Assembly (NCBI GenBank): GCA_040954595.2
Contig: CM082594.2
Location: 3,395,319-3,459,318, forward strand
Direction: 5' to 3'
DNA length: 64,000 bases
Origin: Balanoglossus misakiensis
Taxonomy: Eukaryota > Animalia > Hemichordata
Part shown: positions 1-14,300 of the stretch, one piece after another
Numbering within the stretch: the stretch's first letter is position 1
Layout: each line of letters starts with the position of its first letter
The notes under the pieces: generated by a model
The model's input: only the letters and a program-made list of their open reading frames with translations
Told to the model about the DNA's origin: nothing
Databases searched by the model: none
Program-made: the position numbers and the translations under genes

Positions 1-958
1 TCACACAGACGATTTTTTTTTGTTTTTTCGATCGATGGGAAATTCATAATTCAAACTTTGTCGGGTAGATGGATGCATCACTTCTGTACTTGAATTCGAT
101 TCACTCCAGAGTAAGGTCATACGCAGTCGCATGACACGTCGTAGCATAATTGCTGAACTTCCCAACAGGGTACAGGCATGTCTCACCCAACATGATTTTA
201 TTTGAAGATTATGTATAATCGTTGTTTTATGCAAACATCTCCAGATTGGACGGTTAGATATCGATACAGGTCACCTCAGCCGTTCCCTATGGCCTCGTGG
301 CCAAAAACTGGTCTGTCGAAAACTCTCCGTCCCAGTTTAAATTTCGCATGTGGGTGAAAGAAAGCCATGATTCTACTTCATACTACGGGGAAACTGGTCA
401 TTTACCCCGAAAATAAGTAACTCAGGATATTACAAGCGAACCGGTCATGACGCTGGCGTTAGCTGCGGCCAGGGTCCTGCTTATGTGTCACAGCAGGTCA
501 AATTCTCACCCGATAAGATGGCATTTAACTAAACTGAGAATGTAATGAAAATCCTGCTGAACAAACACAACACTGCCAAATTGAGAACTGTCTGCCCCCC
601 CCCCCCCCCACTCTCTCTCTCTTTCTCTCTCTCACTCTGTCTCTCAGGCGGAGCAACCATAATACTGAAATGAAGGTGCATAAAAAAAAACAATCTTGAA
701 TTCGGATAAGGGCCGTGTGTAGTTTTCGACTTGCCCGGCTATTCGGGCGCCTAATTATAATATAGGCCTACAGGTTTATGCAACGACTACACGTTTTTAA
801 ATTTGTAATGGGGAGAGGGTCTGTTTTGTTAGTTGTTTAAGTGAGGTTAGCGACTTTTTGACATTCACCAAGGCAAATATGAGAAAATGGACCAGCCACA
901 AAAGATAGTAACCATCACATGTAGTATCGCTGTGTTATCGCTTGAGGCCGGCTAGTTA

Positions 959-1250
959 GGCCAAAATAAAAAAAAAATATATGCTGTTCCGATTACCCGA
1001 CCTACCCTAATTTTAGCCCGAGTTTTTAGAACTTCGTAAACCGGAAGTATTAATAACGATGTCAAATATACAATTTTTAAAAAAATTGCGTTATGAAAAT
1101 TGCGAGAATCACGCAAGAACTATGACGTCATTCTTCTACACTACGGCGGCCAAAGATATAAAAAATTGCAAAATAAACAAATTTCCCCACCTACCTACCC
1201 TATTGTTGAAAACCATGTAATCGGAACAGCACATATTTTTTTATTTCGCC
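959..1250. mobile_element. PIF/Harbinger-type (Tourist-like) MITE, copy 1
   Basis: ~38-bp imperfect TIRs (GGCCAAAATAAAAA..ATGCTGTTCCGATTAC / GTAATCGGAACAGCACATATTTTTTTATTTCGCC) with a 3-bp TTA target duplication (956-958, 1251-1253). A second copy is at 22089. Confidence 0.85.
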
Positions 1251-2779
1251 TTATATGTCTAATTTCAAACGTACATTTTACTAAAAATCAGTTCAATGTA
1301 CTTATTTACGTACTCTTATATTACATAATTTGCCATTTATGATTAATGGGTTTAACGATTGACTATTAAAATAAATGTATTACTTTATATTTAATAATAT
1401 TCTGTTGTTTATTCGAACTTATTTATATAAGTGTATTTAACCAAAATCCACCACTGTAAAGAAGATAACATTCCCCCCAGAAAAAAAATCCACCACCTCC
1501 TTCCTACCCGCCTCTTCCCCCCCCCCCCCCCATCCAGACACATATATTGCCGTTTTTGTTAGATTCTGGTGGCATTTATATTAATGTGAATCGCATGAGA
1601 AATAAAATCTATCGGAAGTTAACACCAATGTGTCGAAAGGTTAACTGATGTATGATGATTGATGAAAAGACCCAAATGGTTGTCTGGATACAGTAAACTA
1701 TTAACTTCAGGGTGTTTAGCTTCGCCAACTGTACAATGGTATTTCGTTTGCAAATTATCTCACTGTTACCGTTTATTTCAAACTCTGTTCCCGAAGATAA
1801 AAACAAATAAAATTTGGCTTACAGTTCGTTAATGGGGATTCTCAGCGGGAACACATTGTAGTATCATTAGGTTCAGCGCCATTTTCCATATATACAGTCA
1901 TCTCCAATTTACATACGTCCATATATGGCTGAAATGGCGTTTGAGCGTTCTAAGGAACATATGGCGGCGCTCTTTTTTTCGCGTGCCACCCACCGAAAAT
2001 CTATGATTTGCTAGATCTCGATTTGCTATGGTAACTATAGCTAATTTTCCAGTTTAGTATGCCACCAGGGCTACACTGATAACGTGTGCCAAGATTAATC
2101 ACGGAACAAAACATTCAATTAAATGATAAAAGTTACAACTATTGTCTTTTAGAATTGCTCTTATGCTTGGTCTCAGCGGAAATATGCCTTTTAATTTCGT
2201 CAGGGCACTTTCACAAAAAATACTATCCAGTACAGGAAGTAGCGCGGCCAATACTAGACTGAGAGACTCAGCATGGACTACGTCATCGTCCATGACCTTG
2301 AACTTATGTTTGGCCGTCTGACTTCCATTCCAGGTAGCTGGCTGTGGTCCACCAAAAGTTGTAGAAATGAAAATGCACTGAGATGGTGTCGTTTCCACTT
2401 GTATGTGTGCCGCATTTAGTTTACTTTTTTATTTTCGATTCGACAAGTTGGCAACGTCGGCTCAAGCGCCTGATTATTGACGGTTGCCTAGAAACAACAT
2501 CAACTGGCTTGGCGACGCCCTGTGAACAACCGGCTTTGGTCGCAAGGGGAAAATTGATTGCTAAATGATTGTATCCACTATTTCCTGCATAGCGTGGATA
2601 CCAATGCTTCGTTTATTCAGGGTCCACCTCCCTGTTTATGGACGAGCTTCTACTCAGTATGATGGAAGAGCACTATTTCGGCGAACTGACAACATGGGCA
2701 TGTGGATGAAGTAGGCAGACACTGCGCAGAGCACACGAGTTTGAGTCGTGCATGGGTACACGCTCGAACCCATGAGAAT

Positions 2780-3106
2780 ACTCTCTATATATCTCTCGTT
2801 TTTTCATTAATTATGTTTGATACAATGTTATTCTACATGTGGATATAAAGTGAATCAACGTTCAACCACACACGCCTTCCATCCCACTTGTAGACACAAT
2901 AGTGAAAAAATCGCCAAAATGAATAATCAGTGTTTACCATTTATTCATATTGGCGAGATTTTTACTCTCATATCCTACAAACGGGATGAAAGTTGTGTGT
3001 GGTCGAACGTTGATTCACTATATATCTACATGTAGAATAACATAAACGTTGTCTTGTATCAAACATAATTAATGAAAAAAGGGCAGCGAGAGAGAGACTT
3101 TGTCCC
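2780..3106. mobile_element. Long palindromic (foldback) MITE, copy 1
   Basis: Arms cattaattatgtttgatacaa..tgaatcaacgttc..tcgccaa.atgaataa mirror ttattcat.ttggcga..gaacgttgattca..ttgtatcaaacataattaatg. The right end is gactttgtccc; the left end is decayed. Confidence 0.8.
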
Positions 3107-5668
3107 TTTTTAAAACAAACGCAACGCACGTGCCAAAATTCTGCGTCTAACATAAAAAATATAGCTGGAAGGACTTGCCCGGGGAATCTTGCTACGTATA
3201 AACCTAAACAAGATGTCGCCGTTCACGACGAACGACGTCTTCCACTATGTAAAATTAACTATCTCCACCTCCTCCTACACACACACGCACGTTCAGCACC
3301 AAAAATGCGGCCCAAATTCACGTCATAGAGTGATTACATAATACCATACATATCTTTAGATCAAAGAGGGATGCCGGATTTGCAAAGTTTTCCGGGATTT
3401 CGATTGAATGATGGGATCAGCAATTACTCACACACCACTCAAAATATTTCTCAACTAAAGATATTTACCCAATTAAAGCATTATTTTGATAGAGTGAATA
3501 CTATTAATAAATGCTTGTTTGCTCATGTGAGATGTTAAATGTACGTATATGTTTCAGTTGAAACGCGCGGTTATCTTATGATACACACTGTCATTTCAGC
3601 ACGTATTTCGCTAAAACGTTTTGGTCCATAAGCTTACACGTATCGTCTAGGCAGCTCAGACAGGCGACTCGGATTGGCTGTCTTTAAATATTCCAACATT
3701 AAAAACCATTGGAGACTTTAATCTTTTCATCTTGATTGATTCAACCAACGCAAATCAGAGTGGAAATTTCTCTAACAAAGTGAATTATGAACATTTTCAT
3801 GTGGTCCAATCTATTTTACAGTTCATCACGACTATTCCATGTTTATACAACTGTACTTTTTGCAGTGGTGAACTTTTATCGTATATAGAAAGAATATAGG
3901 CGAAAAGAATCAACACGGCTTAATCGGTGTCTCGGTTCAACGATGCAAACTCATTCCAACAGGTGGTTTTTCTGGACATTGAACGCCCCATGGGGTCTTA
4001 TCGACCGAACAGTACCATCATAAATCAGACCGATATTTCGTCAACATTCTATCAATTACCCCTTTGTCTCCGTCTGATGATGGTCTGTGATAATAACACT
4101 CTTCATGTACCCTGTACTTAAAGCAGACTTATCTAGACAGGGCGTTCAACGCGGAAGAAAACTAACTTTAGTTTACGACTATTGAAATACGATCTCGCTT
4201 ATACCAGCTTGATCGCTTTGTTTTTTTACTCACGCCCCGTCAATATAGCCCCTAACAGATTCCTGATAGAACAATTTGGAAGATGCAAGTCGCGTGAACG
4301 TGGTCTATGATTTGAAAACTAGCGGTCACCCCGTCTACGTATGTGGGTGACGCTTCCCGTCCCGGGAACCTAAATTCATAGGACGCATGTTTGGTCAAGG
4401 CCCCTATAAAGTTATTTCATAATGACGCATGTTTGGTCAAATACATATGTGCACACGGGTACGTTTTGTGTGGCCCACTGGGTCACTCTCTCGTTTGACA
4501 GAAAAAGGCGCGCACCTTTGACATTATTTTGGCTATTTAGTTGTTTGATAACTTATTTATGTTGTTCAGCTCACAGATTGGCTGTCCAAATTCTACTCAC
4601 ACCCTTTGTATAAATACAAGATACGATAGGAATATAGATAGGCAAAAGTATGTCAACACCGAGCGACTTTGTGTCCGACTTTGTGTCCCATTTGTCCGGA
4701 AAGTATCCGTTACATGTCTGTCTACACACAAAGAAACATCATTTCGCCTGCACAAGTCGCCGACCCTCTACCACCCTGGTTTGATCCAAACCCACCTTTT
4801 CTGTGATGGCACGGCTGGACCTCTCCAAAGGAAAACAGGCAGAAAACGTTGAAGTGTCAACCTACTTGTCCCAGGGTTTCGTTTCCTTGTTACTTGGCTA
4901 TCCATATTAAATAAACCCCATACTTTGTACATATGCTGTGCAAAATGCTTGTTTTCATACCCGTGTGCAAAATTGCGGAGCTGTGTATGCGTCATGCCTT
5001 CACGTTTATTGGTTATGCCTGCCTTTATAAACTGATTAAGTCTTTTCGACAGGGAAACATTTTTTTTCTGAATATAGCATCGTTGCATACGCTTGTCGCC
5101 AATACAGTCCGACCATCTGTCCGCCATCCAGCACTGGGGATCGCAGCTTATATGGTTCAAGAATTGACCCCCCAGTAAGTCTACTTAAGCTGGCCGCGCT
5201 TCTTCTACATCTCGTACAATAATTCTACAATTTGAATGACGTTATGAACAACATAGTCGTTTCGTTTTGCATTCAATGTGACGACGCATGCGGTCAACTA
5301 CACATATTGGCAATTTCAAACTGGAGAATCTCTCATTATGAAATAATGCAGGTGGAATTTCATAGGAAGACATGTCGTCCATGTATCTGACACTCGTAAA
5401 TTACATAATTGCATAGGCGTGCACCATTAACAGGGGGCAGAGGTCAACTACCGGGAGAAACAAGCTGACGCCCCAACAAGACATCCGCAATTGCATCTGT
5501 GTATGTGACACCAATGGTCAATGGGTGTGGACTTCGAATTTCATTCTGAGAATCTAAGAATCGAAATAGTCTATATTGAAATAACTTTTCGCAGCATAAA
5601 ATCAGTACTTTCGTAAATGCTCACTCTTACACCTGTTTTACAGCACACCATAATAACTTCTTACATAC

Positions 5669-5888
5669 CTGTATTAGCGTCTCCTGGGATCACGGGTGCG
5701 GTCGCTTTCTTGAGGAACTGCTCCAGCTTTGCCGAATCCTGCGGCCAGGGCGGCGAAGTGGGGTCCTTTAGAGATGTCGCGGGCAGACCGGCTTGACTGG
5801 GGGACGCTCCGATGCAATGGTGCGAGAGTACGCAGGCTAGAGCCAATGCACAGTGTACAAGGATGACGTCCTTCATCGCGAAAAACAT
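5669..5888 (-). CDS. Signal-peptide first exon, paralogous to exon 22405-22534; downstream exons not identified in the window
   Basis: (MFFA)MKDVILVHCALALACVLSHHCIGASP...TSPPWPQDS...; ATG at 5876 or 5888; phase-1 donor G|GTATGT at 5668. It aligns with MRNLVLAYSIVALAFVLSPQHRI...TTPWPRTS. Confidence 0.72.
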
Positions 5889-5929
5889 GTTAATCTACTG
5901 CAGGTCCGCTCGGTTGTTGTCACACATTC

Positions 5930-6520
5930 TTATATCATGATTATAGCGACAGAGCAGGAAAACGGGCGCGAAGAGTTCCTCCCGGCAAACAAATCTTCAG
6001 CTGCCGTCCGCTTTTTTATTTCACGCACTTTTGGTCCGGAATTCACTCGCGTGTAGTCGGGAGCTGACTCTGAACGGGGGGTCGATGGGTAATCCTGAGC
6101 ACACGCCCGTAATGCGATCGCAAAGACCCTCGGGATAACTTCGGAGAATTGTTTCATGATTTCTCGTAAAGCCCGCCTTCTATCTCAATTACACATGTGA
6201 CGTCACCAGCGGTCGTATAAGAACACATGTCATTTCGCAACCATGGCCACAATAACACCCGGGACAAATTCTCTTCGATACCGGCCATGATGGAGTTGGG
6301 CTAGATGCCGACCAGCCGACATTAAACAGTCGAGACTTCCCACTGAATTACGCATTAATTAATTAACCAATTAATTATGACACGTGTGTACAACAAATGT
6401 GACAGGAGGGCCTCCTGATTAACGTTCGGTAAGTCAGCAATATTCATGAAGATAAGTGTACTCTTTTCGACAACACAACGTCCACTTTCATTTTAAAATG
6501 TTCGACTTTAAACACACAGC
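5930..6520 (-). promoter_or_regulatory. 5'UTR/promoter of the 5669-5888 exon, homologous to 22590-23250
   Basis: Shared blocks include gggcgcgaa..gagtt.cct, aaatcttc, cccgcct, and an identical 22-mer ttcggtaagtcagcaatattca (6425-6446 = 23171-23192). A CRE palindrome TGACGTCA lies at 6198. Confidence 0.6.
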
Positions 6521-9500
6521 GCGAGTATCATGCTTCCAGAATCCGCCAGTAATTTTGCTCGATCGTGTTCCTTTAAACTACACAAAACAGTTCAACTGGC
6601 GTATGTTTATAGCGTTTATGGTGTTTGGGCAGACATTAAATTGTTAACTAAACCGAAATGATTTCAAGGGAGTAAATAATTATATACAAATATGCTCATT
6701 GCACAACCACATCGTTGTCACTCAACGCGTGGCAAACTTGACGTCAACCATTGGTCATTTAGAGTTCAAACTGTAACCTTTGACCCGACGGTTATCACCC
6801 TTCAAACACTTATGTGTACCAACTTCACCGGTGTGTCCGGGTCATTGAATTTGGGTTCGGCTAATCCGACGATTGCAACTCTTATTGAGATAGCGGCCGG
6901 TGTCGATAGACACTTCATCTGTCAGACTGATATTCTTGTGCCCCCCCCTCCCCCCCTGCCCGTCCAAATGTTCGCTTCTTTCTTTAACATTAATGTTTTT
7001 TTTTCGAAGGAAAACCTGTTGCACAGCTGCACTAGCGAAGCAATGGCATTTCATACGCACTATCACTTGCTTTTGGTTTTACAAAGCATATGTACCTAGT
7101 ACTTACGTAGCTGCCAAACTCAATGACGGTTATTTTCGTTCGCACTTACAACTACATGCACCAGGTGCGTCTGACTCACATAACCTAGCCTTACGAAGGT
7201 CATGCCTTGAGTTACCCATTTACTATATCGTCTACTACGATCATTTTATTTTGACAAAGAGCAAGGTCACCAAGAAGCCTGCTTACATGCATCATATAGG
7301 GTGCTAGACAAGTCATCCACAGCCAGATCGACTTTTGATCAGTCGCTGCATGTGGTTGTACGCACAAGCTGCGCAGACAAACGAACGCTTACTTGAACGT
7401 CATCATGACATAGCGTTCTTGGGGGCAGAATTGTCTTATGAATTTGTGTTGTTGCATTCTCATAGACTATCTGGCTAAGCACTCACAGATACTGAAATGT
7501 ATGATAAACAGAAACAAAGGCGAGTATTATCCGAATTCTGTTGAAGTCAATGTGTTTCAGGCGAGAAGTTAGCAAACAACACATTGCTATGGCCTACTTT
7601 GAACAGAACGAGCAAAACATTGTTGAGGCCATTTTAACCATTTCGTTGATTTATGTAAACTGAATAAAATATGTTCCAGCTAACTAGTGCCTAAACGATA
7701 GATTTTATCATTTGATTGGCTAGATCTCAACTTTCCAATAGCAGCTGTGGGTAAATTTGCACTGAACAACTTTAAATGTGGGGCTTTACCGCTGTCTAAG
7801 AATATGAAAACAACCACGCATGCGTGCGCCTTTCACGACCCGTCCGCATATCGGCACTGTCGTACAAATCATGAAGATTGTTTTCAATCTTATCAGGTAT
7901 TATAGTGAAATTCGAAGAATCTACTCCACTTCGGATTAAAATATCTATCCTTTGATAAAGGATCAAACATTAACGTTGGCAACGAACTGATAATGCATTC
8001 GGCATTGCATCGAAGCGAGCGTTAACCTGTGTGCCTGTTCTGTTTGCCGTCAGCTTAGAAGAAAATACCGGGCGGCCAAACTGTGTCAGCGCTTTCTGCA
8101 AACAGGCCGTACCAGCTCAGCGGGGGGCAAAGTATAGGTCTCTTGTCCGGCCCAAGGGGAGACAGCGCACGGTGGATAATCTCTTGGAAGCTTTGCATGC
8201 ATTGTCATCATGCGCGGGGTATCACTAGTAAGACGCTTACACATGATGACCCGCACGATTCACATGAACTGGCAACTGCCGAACTTGGTCTATTTTAAGA
8301 GAAACGAACTGGATTCTAATTAATTCTCTAAACTTCATAAACAGAGTATAAAGGCAAATACGACAATAAGTGCAATTTTTGAATGCAAAATAGTTTCACA
8401 TATCCAAACTTTCATAGAAAATTGTCAGTAGTGGTTGTTGATTTCGATTCTGTCGGGGCGGATCGCATTCTGTTGACTTTCGAAGACCTTGCTTGTTGAT
8501 ATATAAATTATTTGTGCAGAAATTCGGCATATCTGTAACCTAAACTGGTACTACTTTTTGTATGGTTATGTACAATATATCGATAGTACGGCTGTAAGCG
8601 AACTTCATTTACTCAGGTGAGGTACACTTAGTCGAAGTCCATGGCACGCGTGAATTTAAATTCAGTACATTTTAAAACTCAGAGATAATACACTGAATAT
8701 CGCACTGTTTTCATGCGACGGTAAGTTAATTAGTTTCTCGACTTGGATTTTGTGTTCTGTCGATATGACAGGCATGAATAGTAAACGTTGTCTTGACAGT
8801 TCCCGCAAATACCTTCACGTTTCAATAATTTCCCCATGTGTTTGAACTGAATACCAAATTAATTCCGACCAGAGTCATTATTTCAAGCCGGGGAATACAA
8901 AGTCTGACAGGTGACAAATTTAAAAACACGCAAATCGGGAAGTGCTCATAATGTTGACGACAGGTACTTCTTCATATAATTGAAGTTACACGTCAGCGTA
9001 TTATCGCTGAATTCTCTTACGTCCCGTCTACGTTGCTTTGTTTTTTTAACGTCTAGTCTTTTCCAACAAAATGACTCCGAATTATGTAAACATGACCGAT
9101 TCGTTTAAAAAACGGGACAAATCAATATTACCGATGTACTTTTAGCTCGTTAACATTTTAACATGATTTATTTGGAGAAACGTTAACAATTAATTCAGTC
9201 CACTGAACGGTCCGCAGTGTTTCAGGAACAAAATACTTGACACCGTAATCCTGAACCTATCAATCACTGGGCATGATGTTAAAATGACTGTTGGTTGGTT
9301 ATTCCCCGATAATCTATCAACTACGCGAATCACGTGGATGGCTGGTAGTACTTTGTACCTGCCCCGAGTAAATAGTTTGTGTGTCATACAATAATCAATT
9401 TGCTAAAGTTATTCATCTACGAAGTCACACTAATTGGGAATGCTTGCCCTCTAAGACTAATTTTAGGGCGAAATATGTGGAATTGTATTAGCCTAATTTA

Positions 9501-10675
9501 TGATTATTACAGTTGTTTAGTGGGATTTGAAATACATTTATGGGCGAAATACTGTCTCATGGAGATTCGAATCCCCTTTGAAATTTGAAAGACGGGTGCT
9601 ACGCAATACCCGCCACCCAGACATTATAAAACACTACAAACAGCAATGGTGTGTCGCATCTCGTCATGCACCAATAAATCTCAGGCAGAAGTTCAGAAAA
9701 GGTTAAATTTCAGTCTGCAGATGTCGCCAACCTATTTCATTTAATGAACAATTTCTATCAAACAGAACTTAAGTTTTTTTCTGCAGGTAACAATGACGTC
9801 ACTGTGCATACCAAATTATCAGGAATGACGTGTTCTATAATAAGCAGAAAGTCGCAAACTATCATTATGACTAGTATTTTACTGTACCATTTAAGTTATC
9901 TTCATGATACGATAGTAACATTATATTGTTTTCTACTCACACGTTCATTTGCACGAAACATTAAACACATCTTTACAGACACATATCAAAATCTTGTTAT
10001 GTTGTGTCATAAGCCTGTGGGGTAATTTTACTGTGCGGAAAAATAACAGCAGGTTAGATTCGTGACACTCCCGTAGCGCAGGCAATTGTACGCTCCAGAG
10101 TAACTGTATACATCATCATTGATTATTTATTGTATATTTCAAAGATCTAAAATAGGTGGGGGAACTATACTACGAGGAACAGCGGCGATTTCACGCTCAG
10201 GACAAAATAAATATCCTGGATAGATCTATACTTAGAACGTGAAAATGGTTGTCAAATATGCCCTAAAGAGAATCCGCAGCATTTGCTTGTAGAAGTTCAA
10301 CTCGGGAAACGTGCAACTGTGATAAATTATATTTTAACGAGTTTCGGAAATTGAAAATCTATGCGGCACGAGTGTGTTCTGCGTTTTCATGACTCTAACC
10401 AATCTGATAGAAATCCGCAGTATTTTAATCAATCTGATAGAAATCCACAGTATTTGATTTAGATTAACCCTTTATCGTGTTTTACGAAAACGTAGAGGGT
10501 TTACTTTATCAAAAACAGATCATTTTCCACGGCAAACCAAAGTAATTATTGGAATGTCATTTGTCTATGGACTTACAAAGTCTAAGCTGAAATATCACGT
10601 AACATTTTGACCCGAACTCTGACCTTAAAATAAATGTTCCAAACTACCGCAGCTGCGAAGGGTATGATTTTGTAC

Positions 10676-10866
10676 CTTTGCTCTCACCATATCACACCGA
10701 CTGTATTAACTATTTCCGTGGTTGTCGAACACAGAAAATTGCCTACAGTCAAGTTTTAGGAAACATATGGGGCACCTAATTTGCACGCTATTGTAAAGTT
10801 CTCCTTCTACTTTTTCCGAGTGCACTTGTCCATCATTTCCACGAAATATGATATTGTGACACCACT
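10676..10866 (-). other. Possible Cys-containing terminal or decayed exon 4 of gene 2
   Basis: The phase-1 acceptor CCAG| at 10867 gives EWCHNIIFRGNDGQVHSEKVEGELYNSVQIRCPICFLKLDCRQFSVFDNHGNS-stop. A donor-like AAG|GTAC follows at 10675, but the acceptor's pyrimidine tract is weak. Confidence 0.3.
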
Positions 10867-10941
10867 CTGGATATACTCATCAGAATGCATTATAATTTAA
10901 TTATGCAAATGATTCTGACTGGAAAAAAATAACTTCCATAC

Positions 10942-11157
10942 CTGCAGTTGTTGTTGTTGTTGTTAAATCTACGGATGTGAGTGGCTGTGCCGTTGTTCCT
11001 TTCGCTGTAGAGGGACCCTCATCAGTAGCAACCTCGGTGGCTGTTGGCAAAACAGTTGCTGTCGCCACGACTCTAGTACTGGCTTCTGTTGACGAATGCG
11101 GTGTGCTCAAAGTGTCAGTAGTTAATACTTCTTCAGTTGTTCCTTCTGAGGTTCTTT
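10942..11157 (-). CDS. Third exon of gene 2, Thr-rich (216 nt, phase 1-1)
   Basis: Acceptor TTTACTTTTCAG at 11158, ERTSEGTTEEVLTTDTLSTPHSS...TTTTTTA, donor G|GTATGG at 10941. Confidence 0.82.
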
Positions 11158-11351
11158 CTGAAAAGTAAACAAAATGCTCTCTTTCATGTTATTCGAAATT
11201 ACCACAAAAACAACCAGCGCAGGACTAAAAACCAGATGTTTTAGAGATTTAATAAACGTTTTTTTAAACTAAAGTAATGGGTGTCAGATGTAGTAGACTC
11301 CACTACAATAATCAGTACAAAGCATCTTACTGCATGATATGCATTACATAC

Positions 11352-14300
11352 CTGAAGTTACCGTTGTACCTGTTGTCGAATCCAATATTGGTGTTCCTCT
11401 CTGTGTGCTTGATACACCCGCAATAGTGCTTATCCAATCAGTGGTTCCAGTGGCTGCTGTTGTCAAGATGTGTGTTGAAAGTTCTTCTGTGGTTGTCGCT
11501 GTGTTTAAAGTTCCTTCGTGTGTGATTGATACATCCTGAGTAACGGATGAAACTTCTGCTGTTGTGTCTGCTGATGTAACCACAATAGTTCCAGTTGCCA
11601 AATTGTCTGTGCTCGATATTTCTGTGGGAACTGTTATTGGAGTTTCAGTAGCAGGTGATCCATCTGTAATTGTTGTAAGTACTCCAGTGGATGTTTGTTG
11701 AGTTGCCTCAGTACCAAGGGATGTAGATGCAGTCGATAAAGTTCCTTCCGGTGTGATTGATACATCCTGAGTAACGGATGAAACTTCTGCTGTCGTCTCT
11801 GCTGATGTAACCACAATAGTTCCAGTTGCCAAATTGTCTGTGCTCGATATTTCTGTGGGAACTGTTATTGGAGTTTCAGTAGCAGGTGATCCATCTGTTA
11901 TTGTTGTAATTACTCCAGTGGATGTTCCTTCCTGTGTGATTGATACATCCTGAGTAACGGATGAAACTTCTGCTGTCGTCTCTGCTGATGTAACCACAAT
12001 AGTTCCAGTTGCCAAATTGTCTGTACTGGACACTTCTGTAGAAACAGCTGTTGGAGTTTCAGTAGCAGGTGATCCGTCTGTTATTGTTGTAAGTACTTCA
12101 GTGGATGTTTGTTGAGTTGCCTCAGTACCAAGGTATGTAGATGCAGTCGATAAAGTTCCTTCCGGTGTGATTGATACATCCTGAGTAACGGATGAAACTT
12201 CTGCTGTCGTCTCTGCTGATGTAACCACAATAGTTCCAGTTGCCAAATTGTCTGTACTGGACACTTCTGTAGAAACAGCTGTTGGAGTTTCAGTAGCAGG
12301 TGATCCGTCTGTTATTGTTGTAAGTACTTCAGTGGATGTTTGTTGAGTTGCCTCAGTACCAAGGTATGTAGATGCAGTCGATAAAGTTCCTTCCGGTGTG
12401 ATTGATACATCCTGAGTAACGGAAGAAACTTCTGCTGTCGTCTCTGCTGATGTAACCACAATAGTTCCAGTTGCCAAATTGTCTGTGCTGGACACTTCTG
12501 TAGAAACTGCTGTTGGAGTTTCAGTAGCAGGTGATCCGTCTGTTATTGTTGTAAGTACTTCAGTGGATGTTCCTTCCGGTGTGATTGATACATCCTGAGT
12601 AACGGATGAAACTTCTGCTGTAGTGTCTGCTGATGTAACCACAATAGTTCCAGTTGCCAAATTGTCTGTGCTCGATATTTCTGTGGGAACTGTTATTGGA
12701 GTTTCAGTAGCAGGTGATCCATCTGTTATTGTTGTAAGTACTCCAGTGGATGTTCCTTCCTGTGTGATTGATACATCCTGAGTAACGGATGAAACTTCTG
12801 CTGTCGTCTCTGCTGATGTAACCACAATAGTTCCAGTTGCCAAATTGTCTGTGCTGGACACTTCTGTAGAAACAGCTGTTGGAGTTTCAGTAGCAGGTGA
12901 TCCGTCTGTTATTGTTGTAAGTACTTCAGTGGATGTTTGTTGAGTTGCCTCAGTACCAAGGGATGTAGATGCAGTCGATAAAGTTCCTTCCGGTGTGATT
13001 GATACATCCTGAGTAACGGAAGAAACTTCTGCTGTCGTCTCTGCTGATGTAACCACAATAGTTCCAGTTGCCAAATTGTCTGTGCTGGACACTTCTGTAG
13101 AAACTGCTGTTGGAGTTTCAGTAGCAGGTGATCCGTCTGTTATTGTTGTAAGTACTTCAGTGGATGTTCCTTCCGGTGTGATTGATACATCCTGAGTAAC
13201 AGAGGAAACTCCTGCAGTTGTGTCTGCTGATGTAACCACAATAGTTCCAGTTGCCAAATTGTCTGTGCTGGACACTTCTGTAGAAACTGCTGTTGGAGTT
13301 TCAGTAGCAGGTGATCCGTCTGTTATTGTTGTAAGTACTTCAGTGGATGTTCCTTCCAGTGTGATTGATACATCCTGAGTAACAGAGGAAACTCCTGCAG
13401 TTGTGTCTGCTGATGTAACCACAATAGTTCCAGTTGCCAAATTGTCTGTACTGGACACTTCTGTAGAAACTGCTGTTGGAGTTTCAGTAGCAGGTGATCC
13501 GTCTGTTATTGTTGTAAGTACTTCAGTGGATGTTCCTTCCGGTGTGATTGATACATCCTGAGTAACAGAGGAAACTCCTGCAGTTGTGTCTGCTGATGTA
13601 ACCACAATAGTTCCAGTTGCCAAATTGTCTGTACTGGACACTTCTGTAGAAACTGCTGTTGGAGTTTCAGTAGCAGGTGATCCGTCTGTTATTGTTGTAA
13701 GTACTTCAGTGGATGTTCCTTCCGGTGTGATTGATACGTCCTGAGTAACAGAGGAAACTCCTGTAGTTGTGTCTGCTGATGTAACCACAATAGTTCCAGT
13801 TGCCAAATTGTCTGTACTGGACACTTCTGTAGAAACTGCTGTTGGAGTTTCAGTAGCAGGTGATCCGTCTGTTATTGTTGTAAGTACTTCAGTGGATGTT
13901 CCTTCCGGTGTGATTGATACATCCTGAGTAACAGAGGAAACTCCTGCAGTTGTGTCTGCTGATGTAACCACAATAGTTCCAGTTGCCAAATTGTCTGTAC
14001 TGGACACTTCTGTAGAAACTGTTGTTGGAGTTTCAGTAGCAGGTGATCCGTCTGTTATTGTTGTAAGTACTTCAGTGGATGTTCCTTCCGGTGTGATTGA
14101 TACATCCTTAGTAACAGAGGAAACTCCTGCAGTTGTGTCTGCTGATGTAACCACAATAGTTCCAGTTGCCAAATTGTCTGTGCTGGACACTTCTGTAGAA
14201 ACAGCTGTTGGAGTTTCAGTAGCAGGTGATCCGTCCGTTATTGTTGTAAGTACTTCAGTGGATGTTCCTTCCGGTGTGATTGATACATCCTGAGTAACGG

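Noticed and set aside
1609-5160. ORFs 1609-1806, 2099-2398 and 4768-5160 as downstream exons of the 5669 exon
   Set aside because: I found no phase-1 acceptor giving an open frame with a recognisable domain.
9190-9387. CGPFSG motif reminiscent of TMC channels
   Set aside because: An isolated hexapeptide followed by a stop, with no TM-rich flanking exons.
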